Below are positions 53,442-61,398 of a DNA stretch of 64,000 bases, piece by piece. The position numbers were made by a program, and so were the translations under genes. The notes under the pieces were generated by a model. That model worked only from the letters and a program-made list of their open reading frames with translations, ran no database searches and was not told where the DNA came from. Each line of letters starts with the position of its first letter. Position 1 is the stretch's first letter. Origin of the DNA: a virus (Duplodnaviria; Caudoviricetes); the IMG/VR virus record IMGVR_UViG_3300044652_000025, positions 32,001 through 96,000 of that record; one strand, written 5' to 3'.

Positions 53442-55453
53442 CGGAGTTCCGTCGGCCGGGGCATCTCACACACATCGTTGCTACAGAAACGATCGCCCTC
53501 GGGATCGACTCCATTCTGGTAGATGGGAGCCCACTCGATGCGTCTTACACCCTGGGTCGCCACCTCGAAGGCATCGGCGGTGATGGCCTCGTAGGGCATC
53601 TGGGGATAGGCCCCACCGTCATGCATGGGCAGAAAGGACATCGTCTTCAGCTGGCCGTCGAAGGCGTGGAGCAGCGGCCCGATCTGGTCCTTCTCATGGG
53701 CCTGGAAAGTGAAGGTGGCGCTGACCATGTTGTCGGCCCAGTGGTTCTGGAGAGTGGCCGCCAGGGCCACCTTCTCCCAGACGACGACCTCGCGGGTCGA
53801 ACGCACCTGCGGACCCATGGTGGGGAAGCTGACGACCACGGAGTTGGTGTCGGCCACGTCGGGCTCGACCCAGTAGCCCGCCTCCTCGAAGACCTGGACC
53901 ATCGGGTCGGCCTGCCGGAAGCGCATCCGGCGGATGTACGTGTCGTGCTCCGGCCAGTGGGCGCCGGGGGTGACCCCGGCCAGCAGGCTCACCGTACCGG
54001 AGGGCTTGACCGACGTCTTCTTGATGGACTCCCGGACCCCGAGCCACTCGGAGTACTGCCGGTCGCGGCGAGTGATCTCGGCGTAGCCCATGTCCAGCCA
54101 GTCCCGGAGCTTCGTCCAGCCGTGGCGCTCCACGAACTGGGCGACCCCCGACACCGAGCAGCCGATGCGCCGGTTGCGGGTCATGACCTCATTGGACTCC
54201 GGCCAGTGGGTACTCATGAGGGTCACGGCCTTGCCGTAGAGGTAGGCGCACTTGAGCGTCCGCAGGAAGTCCTCGACGGTGTCGTGGTGGATCGGGTACG
54301 TCTCGACCAGGGTGCAGAGTTCGTTGTCCTCCAGGGTCTGCTCGGCGCATGGGTTGCAGCCCTTGGCCCGGTAGTCCCGGTTGTTGGGCGGGTCACCCAG
54401 ACGGCCGTGGGAGCGCATGAGGTCGAGGTACACCAGCCCCGGCTCGCCGTTGACGGCGATCTGCTCCACAAGGTCGTCGTAGTTACCGCCGACCTCGGCC
54501 TGGATGGAGTTGTTCGACATCCAGCCCCAGCCGTCGTGACCCATCCGGTCCGCGTTCACCGCCGGGTCCTTGAGGAGGAGGAACGCCTTGTCGTCGGGCT
54601 GGCCGAGAGCAAGCTCGGCGCTCCGGCGGACGTTCCCGGCCACCACGCAGCGGCCGATGAGGTTCATGATGTCCACGATGTCGGTCGACGTGATCGGCTG
54701 GCCGCCGCGGTCGGCCAGGAGACCCCGGAGGCTGCCGTGGAGCTTCCGGAGTGGACCTGGTCCGGCCGCGGTGCCCCCGAAGCGCTTGATGGGCTCCCCG
54801 GCCGGGCGGATCTCGTCATAGAGGAAACGGACGGAGCGCTGGCCGGGGAGGAGGTAGGACCGCAGCAGCCGATCGACGGAGTCGCACCAGCCCTCTCGGC
54901 TGTCGTGGATCATGACCTCATCGAAGGCGCTCTGGGGGTGGTGGATGGTCAGCCGTCCGGCGCCCAGGGTGTCGAAGCCGACGCCGACGCCCAGCATGGA
55001 CATCTCCATCAGCCGGGCGAAAGGCAGGGCGGGGTTACGCGGTCCCAGGCTCTCGGTGCTCAAAAAGGCGCAATTCTGAAGGGCAGCTGAACCTTCCTCC
55101 CAGACGAAGGGCACGCCCATCATCCAGATGCCTCGGCCGGGCGGGGTCCACTTGAAGGTGAACATCCGCTCGTACATCTCCTCGGCGGCCCGGTGGGCCT
55201 TGGGGTGGTACCACGGCGTCCGCTGGCGCTGGCAGTGGTCCTTGAGGATCGAGTAGGTCCCCTCGACGACGCGGCGGCAGGCTTCGTGCCAGCGCTCCTT
55301 GGTGCCGTCGGGCTTGACCCGGGAGTACTTGGTCAGGAACGTAAGCTCCCCGAGGGAGTTACCACCGCCGCAGTCGAAGCCCCAGGGGACGGGCCGGTCG
55401 ACGTAGGTCGCCACGAACTCGTCGGCCAGTCTGAAGCTCAGATGGTCAGTCAC
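53438..55453 (-). CDS. nrdJ: class II (B12-dependent) ribonucleotide reductase
   Basis: KYSR, PPGRG, ALQNC, GNVRRSA, NPCAEQ..ELCTL, VKPSGT, C-terminal CSNDVC. Confidence 0.95.
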   Translation of the reverse strand: MTDHLSFRLADEFVATYVDRPVPWGFDCGGGNSLGELTFLTKYSRVKPDGTKERWHEACRRVVEGTYSILKDHCQRQRTPWYHPKAHRAAEEMYERMFTFKWTPPGRGIWMMGVPFVWEEGSAALQNCAFLSTESLGPRNPALPFARLMEMSMLGVGVGFDTLGAGRLTIHHPQSAFDEVMIHDSREGWCDSVDRLLRSYLLPGQRSVRFLYDEIRPAGEPIKRFGGTAAGPGPLRKLHGSLRGLLADRGGQPITSTDIVDIMNLIGRCVVAGNVRRSAELALGQPDDKAFLLLKDPAVNADRMGHDGWGWMSNNSIQAEVGGNYDDLVEQIAVNGEPGLVYLDLMRSHGRLGDPPNNRDYRAKGCNPCAEQTLEDNELCTLVETYPIHHDTVEDFLRTLKCAYLYGKAVTLMSTHWPESNEVMTRNRRIGCSVSGVAQFVERHGWTKLRDWLDMGYAEITRRDRQYSEWLGVRESIKKTSVKPSGTVSLLAGVTPGAHWPEHDTYIRRMRFRQADPMVQVFEEAGYWVEPDVADTNSVVVSFPTMGPQVRSTREVVVWEKVALAATLQNHWADNMVSATFTFQAHEKDQIGPLLHAFDGQLKTMSFLPMHDGGAYPQMPYEAITADAFEVATQGVRRIEWAPIYQNGVDPEGDRFCSNDVCEMPRPTELR

Positions 55454-57762
55454 GATCCTCCCAGTTGGGTCTCGCCCCGGACGATGAAGTGAGCACTCTC
55501 AACTTCCCAGATCATCGAAAAATGTTTGAAGTCTTCCCGGCGGGCGGCGAGGGTATGGAACAGCGCCTGCGGTGGTATGGCGGCGCGCTGATCCATCGAC
55601 TGGTAGAGACCGAACACCCAGTCAGCCCCTCGCTCCACTCCGGCGGAATCAGCCAGGTCGCTCATCTCGTAGTAGCCGCGTCGGAAGGCGGCTTTCACCC
55701 CTTCTCGGTTGATCTGGTGAGCGAGCAGGCAGGGTATGCGGCGACGGCCGGTGCCAATGAGGTCACTGAGCGTCCGGATCGAGTCCGAGATCTGGAGGTC
55801 GTAGCGCAGCTTCGGGTTCTCGTGGACGACGTGGCTCAGCTGGTCGATCAGCAGGCTCTCGGTGTCGCGGACCTGGGCGTCCCGGACGAGAGCGGCGACG
55901 CGGCGCTTCTCGATCGGAGGGTGCAACACATGGAATGGCGCCCCGGCACCCGGCAGATCATTGATCCATGACCTGACACGGTCGACCTCGACGTCGGAGC
56001 ACGTCCCGCACTGCCAGCCGCGGTAGGACACCCCAGTCGCCAGGCAGGCGATCCGGTCGAGGGTCATCTCGACCGAGTTCTCCAGGGTGTAGAGCGTCAC
56101 GCACTTGCCCCGCTCCCACTCCCGGAGGGCGACGAGGTCGAGGAAGAAGCTGTTGTGCGTGACAAGGAAGTCCTCTGTCACATAGAGGCCATCTGCCGCC
56201 GCGACTTGGATGCAGACGGTATCTCCCCGTCCTGCCGGAGTGACCTCCACGATGCGCCTAGAAGGACGGCGGGCACGCAAGCTCGGACGCTCGTCGTAAT
56301 CCCGGCGCTTTCGCGGAAGACGGAATGGGCACTCAGGCAATCTCAGTCTGATGATCCAGGCCGGACGCCCGGCGCCGCCTTGATGCGATGGCTCCGGCTT
56401 GTACTTGACCCGGGCCGTGCCCCCCAGAGAGAGCACAAGTTCCCTCACGGCCAAAGCCAACCGCTCCGAAGTGGAGCAGAAGGTGATGCCCTTGCCATCC
56501 ACACCGCCCTCGGTGTCCAGCAGGCCGGAAAGGAGTTGACGACGCTCGTTGATAGTGGCCCGCAGGTACCGATCAGGGATGAACTTCTCCCAGGACCGGC
56601 ATCCCATGAGGCCCATCTCCCGAAGTGCCGCCGTGGTCCGGCCTCCGACGATGGATGCCAATCCACGGCGCTCCTTGATCCAATGCCGCTCGTCACCCTG
56701 GGGAAGCAGCCGGTCGATCTCACCATGAAGCCATGGCTCCGGCTTACAAAAGGTCGGCGTACAGACCGTCAGCGAACCGTCTCCGAGCAACAGCCCGAGC
56801 AAGTAGGGATGGAGCGGGAGCGGACCGAGATCCTCATAGCGCACCGGGGCCACCATGGGCAGGTAGGCGAAGCGCCGATTGGTCTGGATCTTTCGGGCCA
56901 GCGTCTCGGTGTCCACCGTCTGCACCTTCCCGCCGTGACTGTGGGGATGCACCGTCCAATCATGAGCGACATCGACCACCACCGACCCGCCGTCGTCGGT
57001 CGTCACCCTCATGAGGGGACGATCCGACCATCTCCGCATGGCGATGACGGCCGTGGCGCGACCATCACTTCCGATCACCGCGTCCCCGGGCCGGAGCGAG
57101 CCGATCTGACGCCATCCTCCAGGCGTGAGTACCAGACTGGTCACCGCCTCGGCCTTCCCCACCTTCGGCCCGGCGGCCAGGACGGCAAGCTCCCCCGGCT
57201 TGATGCCGTTGGTGTAGGCGTCGATCGGGGTGAGCCCGAAGGTCATGCCCTCGATGACACCGCGGTTGGCGGCGCGGGCGTCGTAGCTCCGCATCCTGTC
57301 GGCCAGCGCTTCCCGGGCGTCGACGGCGTCATCCTTACGGGTGACCTTCATGGCCAGTGTGACCAGCTGGTCGGCGGCTTCGGAGACCACGGCCGGGCGC
57401 TCCTCGAACGTCGCCTCACGCACCGACATGGCGAACTGCCGGTTGAAGTGGTCGGCCTCCTTGATGAGGTAGGTGCCCTTCAGATCCTGGAGCGCCCACT
57501 CGATGGAGTCGTCGGGCTCCTCGTCGATGTCGATCTCGGCGTCGTTGAGGGCGTCGGCGTAGATCGGCTCGGCCAGGAAGGCGGCGACGGATGGGGCCTT
57601 GGTCTGGCCGCTCTGGTGCCAATAGTCGACCGCGAAGGCCACCAGGGGACGGAGGGCCTCGTCGGGGACGATCTCGGGCTCCAGCCCCTGACGGGCGATG
57701 ACCGCCACCGAGTCGGCGTCGGTCAGATGCTTGATGAGGCAGGCCAGCCCGGCGGCGCTCAT
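55450..57762 (-). CDS. dnaB: DnaB-like replicative helicase containing an intein
   Basis: GIKPGELAVLAAGPKVGK|S split P-loop, TLEN, LLIDQL, HQINR, LADS..VER.AD. Confidence 0.9.
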   Translation of the reverse strand: MSAAGLACLIKHLTDADSVAVIARQGLEPEIVPDEALRPLVAFAVDYWHQSGQTKAPSVAAFLAEPIYADALNDAEIDIDEEPDDSIEWALQDLKGTYLIKEADHFNRQFAMSVREATFEERPAVVSEAADQLVTLAMKVTRKDDAVDAREALADRMRSYDARAANRGVIEGMTFGLTPIDAYTNGIKPGELAVLAAGPKVGKAEAVTSLVLTPGGWRQIGSLRPGDAVIGSDGRATAVIAMRRWSDRPLMRVTTDDGGSVVVDVAHDWTVHPHSHGGKVQTVDTETLARKIQTNRRFAYLPMVAPVRYEDLGPLPLHPYLLGLLLGDGSLTVCTPTFCKPEPWLHGEIDRLLPQGDERHWIKERRGLASIVGGRTTAALREMGLMGCRSWEKFIPDRYLRATINERRQLLSGLLDTEGGVDGKGITFCSTSERLALAVRELVLSLGGTARVKYKPEPSHQGGAGRPAWIIRLRLPECPFRLPRKRRDYDERPSLRARRPSRRIVEVTPAGRGDTVCIQVAAADGLYVTEDFLVTHNSFFLDLVALREWERGKCVTLYTLENSVEMTLDRIACLATGVSYRGWQCGTCSDVEVDRVRSWINDLPGAGAPFHVLHPPIEKRRVAALVRDAQVRDTESLLIDQLSHVVHENPKLRYDLQISDSIRTLSDLIGTGRRRIPCLLAHQINREGVKAAFRRGYYEMSDLADSAGVERGADWVFGLYQSMDQRAAIPPQALFHTLAARREDFKHFSMIWEVESAHFIVRGETQLGGS
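56152..57153 (-). mobile_element. class 3 intein with LAGLIDADG homing endonuclease, 334 aa
   Basis: Starts Ala (AEAVTSLVLTPGGW), HDW, TVCIQV, ends VTHN|S; LLGLLLGDG and LSGLLDTEG. Confidence 0.92.
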
Positions 57763-58589
57763 CCGATCATCACCGGCCGCGTGAGTCCCAGATCCTCCTC
57801 CTCGTCGAGGCGGTCCTGGAGGCGGGCACGGAAGCTCTCGGCCACGAACTCGATGCCCCGGGACCGCTCGCCGAGCAGATCGAGGATGCTGTCGCCGTAG
57901 CTCTCCCTGGCCTCTGAGGGCATCAGGTTGGTGGTGACGATGGTCGGCTTCGCCGATGCCACCCGGTGTCGCAGGACGGCGTCGAAGGCCGCTCCGGCCA
58001 GCCCCGAGCCGCGGGCACCGCCGTGCTCCTTGCCGGGGTCGTCCAGGACGAGGAAGGTGACGTTTCTGATCCGGGCGTCGAACCAGGCCCGCTCCTCGTC
58101 GTCCCGCCAGGTCTGGGTGTAGACGGCGATGAGGTCGATGAAGGAGGTGAAGTAGCCGCTGTAGCCCTCGGCCAGGAGGGCCTTGAGCAGGAGGGCGGCC
58201 AGCATCGTCTTGCCGGTGCCCTTGTCGCCGTAGAGGATCAGCCCCCGGCCGTTGTGGACCTTGGCCGCCGCCCGCTCCAGGTACGTGGAGACGGCATCCC
58301 GGGTGGAGGGGGCGACGTTGGTGACGTCGTCCCAGCCGAGTTGCTGGTAGCCGATGGGGATCCCGGCGTTGAGCAGGTAGCGGTGGAGGATCCACTGGTC
58401 GCCGCAGTTGCACTTCCAGTCGGCGGGCTCGGTGCGGTCCTGGTTCCACCACCGGAAGGCGCCGGTACCGCCGCAGGTGATGCAGTCGGTCGGCGAGCGC
58501 GGCAGGTCGGGGTGCTTGGCCTGGAGCCGGATGACCTCGGGGTTGGTGAGCAGCCGGATACCCGGCGGCAGGGGTGGCATCTCGATCAT
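57759..58589 (-). CDS. DnaC/IstB-like AAA+ helicase loader
   Basis: CITCGGTG..CNC, GDKGTGKT, LVLDD, TIVTTN. Confidence 0.9.
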   Translation of the reverse strand: MIEMPPLPPGIRLLTNPEVIRLQAKHPDLPRSPTDCITCGGTGAFRWWNQDRTEPADWKCNCGDQWILHRYLLNAGIPIGYQQLGWDDVTNVAPSTRDAVSTYLERAAAKVHNGRGLILYGDKGTGKTMLAALLLKALLAEGYSGYFTSFIDLIAVYTQTWRDDEERAWFDARIRNVTFLVLDDPGKEHGGARGSGLAGAAFDAVLRHRVASAKPTIVTTNLMPSEARESYGDSILDLLGERSRGIEFVAESFRARLQDRLDEEEDLGLTRPVMIG

Positions 58590-58639
58590 CGGTATGTCCT
58601 GGGGCAGGGGTCGGCCGCTGGCGGGCGGCCCTTGGACGT

Positions 58640-59029
58640 CTAGACGAGCCGGTCGGCGATCGGCTGGGCGAACCAGGAGTCGCAACCGCGGCAGAAGCTC
58701 TCCACGGTCACCGGGCGACCGTGCCATTCCCCGCCACAGACCTCGAAGGCATGACGGGCGATGGCCGGACCCCGCGATCCCCAGCGGGACATGAAGGACT
58801 TGAAGATGCCGTACTCCTTGGTCACCGTGCGGGCGAACGATCCACGCTTCGATTCGATCTGATGGACGACGTAGTCCTGCAAGTCATTCCAGGACCATTC
58901 CTCGTCGGACTTCCCGACATAGGACATGCGCTGCGATCGAGGTGTCGGATGGGGAGTGACTGTGACCGTTTGTGTGATGACCAGGCGGCTCACGCCCGCC
59001 AGGTCGAGTTCGTCGTCGATGTTCCTCAC
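58640..59029 (-). CDS. hypothetical replication-module protein
   Basis: ORF track; GTGA overlap. Confidence 0.7.
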   Translation of the reverse strand: MRNIDDELDLAGVSRLVITQTVTVTPHPTPRSQRMSYVGKSDEEWSWNDLQDYVVHQIESKRGSFARTVTKEYGIFKSFMSRWGSRGPAIARHAFEVCGGEWHGRPVTVESFCRGCDSWFAQPIADRLV

Positions 59030-59379
59030 GCTGTTGCCCTTTCACTGCTGGCGGACGCGGGTCGCCGTCCGAAGTACGCCTCGGACACGAACCGCCGGAA
59101 AGGACCGATGACCTCCTCCATCTCGTCGCGGCGGGGCTCGGAGTCGTAGGAGTCCGTATCGGCCAGGGTGATGACGCTGGCGCTTCCTTTGTGGATCAGG
59201 TGTTTCTGGCAGTCGGCAGTGACGACCATCCAGTGGAAGTCGTCCATCCCGCACAGGTAGCCGGTGATGTCCTCGCCAGAGGGGAACCGGAAGGTGATGG
59301 CGCGGCCGTGCATCACGGTCCGGGCCAGTTGCTTGCTGCTCATGTCCGAACCGCGGGCTCGGTCGTCCCGTCGGGACAT
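59026..59379 (-). CDS. Hfq/Sm-like RNA-binding protein
   Basis: ITFRFPSGEDITGYLCGMDDF...HLIHKGS resembles Sm1/Sm2 motifs. Confidence 0.6.
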   Translation of the reverse strand: MSRRDDRARGSDMSSKQLARTVMHGRAITFRFPSGEDITGYLCGMDDFHWMVVTADCQKHLIHKGSASVITLADTDSYDSEPRRDEMEEVIGPFRRFVSEAYFGRRPASASSERATA

Positions 59380-59482
59380 GGATCGACCCCCTGTAGGCGA
59401 GGAAAGCCCCCGCCCGCTACTGGCCAGTAGGTAGCGGGACGGGGGTGACGGATCGTGTGAAGCGATCCAAAGGTTCACCAGG

Positions 59483-59511
59483 AGGGTACGCCGGGCACCT
59501 CACTGGGTCAA
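59483..59511 (-). promoter_or_regulatory. promoter TTGACC-N17-TACCCT for replication operon
   Basis: Hexamers with 17-nt spacer in intergenic region. Confidence 0.55.
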
Positions 59512-59551
59512 GTGATGAAACCCTTGCCATATATAGAGGGTTGGTATGGCT

Positions 59552-59953
59552 TCAGGCCCGCAACATGGCCCGGATCATGCTGAGGGCGCTGCGGGCCTCC
59601 AGCGCCGAGTCCGGGATCCCGTTCTCGATCTCGTCCAGAAGCAGACCGATCTCCGTCCTGGCCGACATCAACGCGTCGATCTGGTTCAGGGCGTCGGCCA
59701 GCGCCTGGCGGGCGTCGTGCAGGGTGTCGTTGGGGAGCGGAACCTTCAGGTCGACCTCGATCTCCCTCGGCGGGATCGTCAGCACGGTGGCTTCGGTCGC
59801 CGCCTGCGACGGATGCTGCGTCTCCTCCCATATCCGGCGCTGTCGGACGCTGGGGGCGTTCTCCTGGGCCATACAGGGGCCGTCGTGGCCCTTCTCAAGG
59901 GTGCAAGGGTAAACCACGAACGACTTGCCGACATGCGAGCCGCACTCGCCCAT
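59552..59953 (-). CDS. hypothetical protein
   Basis: ORF track; CTLEKGHDGPC motif. Confidence 0.65.
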   Translation of the reverse strand: MGECGSHVGKSFVVYPCTLEKGHDGPCMAQENAPSVRQRRIWEETQHPSQAATEATVLTIPPREIEVDLKVPLPNDTLHDARQALADALNQIDALMSARTEIGLLLDEIENGIPDSALEARSALSMIRAMLRA

Positions 59954-59954
59954 C

Positions 59955-60446
59955 TCAGGCGACCTGGGTCTTGCGGTGGCTGTGCTCGCCGATGAGGTGG
60001 GTCACCAGCGCGTCACTGGAACTGAAGACCTGGCGACAGTCGGGGCACTGGGCGCCGCTCTCTTCTTCGTAGACCTCGAACTCCGGCGCCAGGTGGCCGT
60101 AGATCCGGCCCTGGACCTGGACGATGCGAAGGGCGTTGAGTAGCTGCTCGCCGGTGATGCCGCCGTTCATAGCCAGAGCGTGGGCCATCCGCTCGACGTC
60201 GACCAGGGAGTAGGTCCTGGCGCCGGACTTGGACCGGGACGCCCCCACCGGCTCGCCATCGAGGATGAGCCTGCCCTTGCGCTCGTTCCACCGGATCCAA
60301 TGGCTCGACCGGCCGAAGAAGACCTTGGCCAGTTCGCCGACGGAGAAGCGCGGCTCTTCTTCGATGGCGGCGGGATCCACGTCGTCGAAGAGATAGCCGT
60401 CGGTAGGCAGATCGTCGCTGATCACGACGCGGGCGGGGGAGTCCAT
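59955..60446 (-). CDS. MerR-type HTH regulator with C2H2 zinc finger
   Basis: FSVGELAK...IRWNERKG...GARTYSLVDV; CPDCRQVF...LVTHLIGEH. Confidence 0.85.
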   Translation of the reverse strand: MDSPARVVISDDLPTDGYLFDDVDPAAIEEEPRFSVGELAKVFFGRSSHWIRWNERKGRLILDGEPVGASRSKSGARTYSLVDVERMAHALAMNGGITGEQLLNALRIVQVQGRIYGHLAPEFEVYEEESGAQCPDCRQVFSSSDALVTHLIGEHSHRKTQVA

Positions 60447-60545
60447 GGGTGTCCTTTGCTCAGTGGTAGTGGTTGCGGAACAGGCCGCTGGCACCGGTCC
60501 AAACGAGACAGCCCCCCTGACGCTCTCCTCGACCCCAGAGCCGAT

Positions 60546-61286
60546 TCACCGGTTGTACGCGTTCCGGAGGTAGAGCGCGGCCGACGGTTCGGAGCGCTCG
60601 GTCGCTTCTCGGATGGCGTTGATCAGGGAGGGCTTGCGCTTGAGGGCCAGCATGACCTTGTGTTCGTCCACCACGCGGGTCTGGGTCGTCATCTCCAGGT
60701 AGTCCTCGTTGGTGAAGTCCAGGTCGGGCCGGTCGATCAGACTCTTGAGGGTGTCGGCGTTGAGGGTGCAGCTACCCTCCCGGACCTCCCGGGTGAACTT
60801 CTTGCCGGTGCCCGGTGCCCCGAGGCATTCGCCCCGCACGATGAAGTGACCGCGCTTGTCGAGGTGGGCGGTAGCCGTCAGCCCGGCCTCTTCGGCCTCG
60901 ATGTCGAGGTGGGTGAAGATCGTGGTCCGCATCCCCTCGTGGCGGTCCTCCACGAGCTTCTTCAGCTGATCGAGGACCTGCTTCTCCTCGACGAGCGCGG
61001 TCACCTCGACCGGCTGGAGCTTGCGCCGCTCGGTCGGCACCACCTTGCCGAACACCTCGGGCAGACGCTCGATGGCCTGGCGCTGGGCGTGGGTGATGAC
61101 CGCCACCGACGGCTCCGGCCGGGGCTGGTCGAGCGGCACCGGCTCCTGCGGGGTGATGGTGCGGAGCAGGTCAGTGAAGGCGATGGCGCCGGTGTTGATC
61201 TTGCCGACGACGAGCCGGACGATCTCGTCGAGGGCGGCGGGCTGCTGGTCCTGTGCCGGGTCTTCCCGAGTCAGGTCTTCAGTCAT
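60546..61286 (-). CDS. conserved actinophage hypothetical protein
   Basis: ATG 61286; long open frame with typical codon usage. Confidence 0.75.
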   Translation of the reverse strand: MTEDLTREDPAQDQQPAALDEIVRLVVGKINTGAIAFTDLLRTITPQEPVPLDQPRPEPSVAVITHAQRQAIERLPEVFGKVVPTERRKLQPVEVTALVEEKQVLDQLKKLVEDRHEGMRTTIFTHLDIEAEEAGLTATAHLDKRGHFIVRGECLGAPGTGKKFTREVREGSCTLNADTLKSLIDRPDLDFTNEDYLEMTTQTRVVDEHKVMLALKRKPSLINAIREATERSEPSAALYLRNAYNR

Positions 61287-61340
61287 TTTTCGATCTATCC
61301 CCCGGGTGCGTGTGTCAACAATTCTTGAGACAGAATAGCA

Positions 61341-61374
61341 GAGGCCCCCAGGCCTTGGGAACCCTGGGGGCCTC
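61341..61374 (-). terminator. terminator hairpin after dinG
   Basis: GAGGCCCCCAGG / CCTGGGGGCCTC 12-bp stem then TGCTATTCT. Confidence 0.7.
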
Positions 61375-61398
61375 GCCTCCACCCGGTGCATGACGCCA

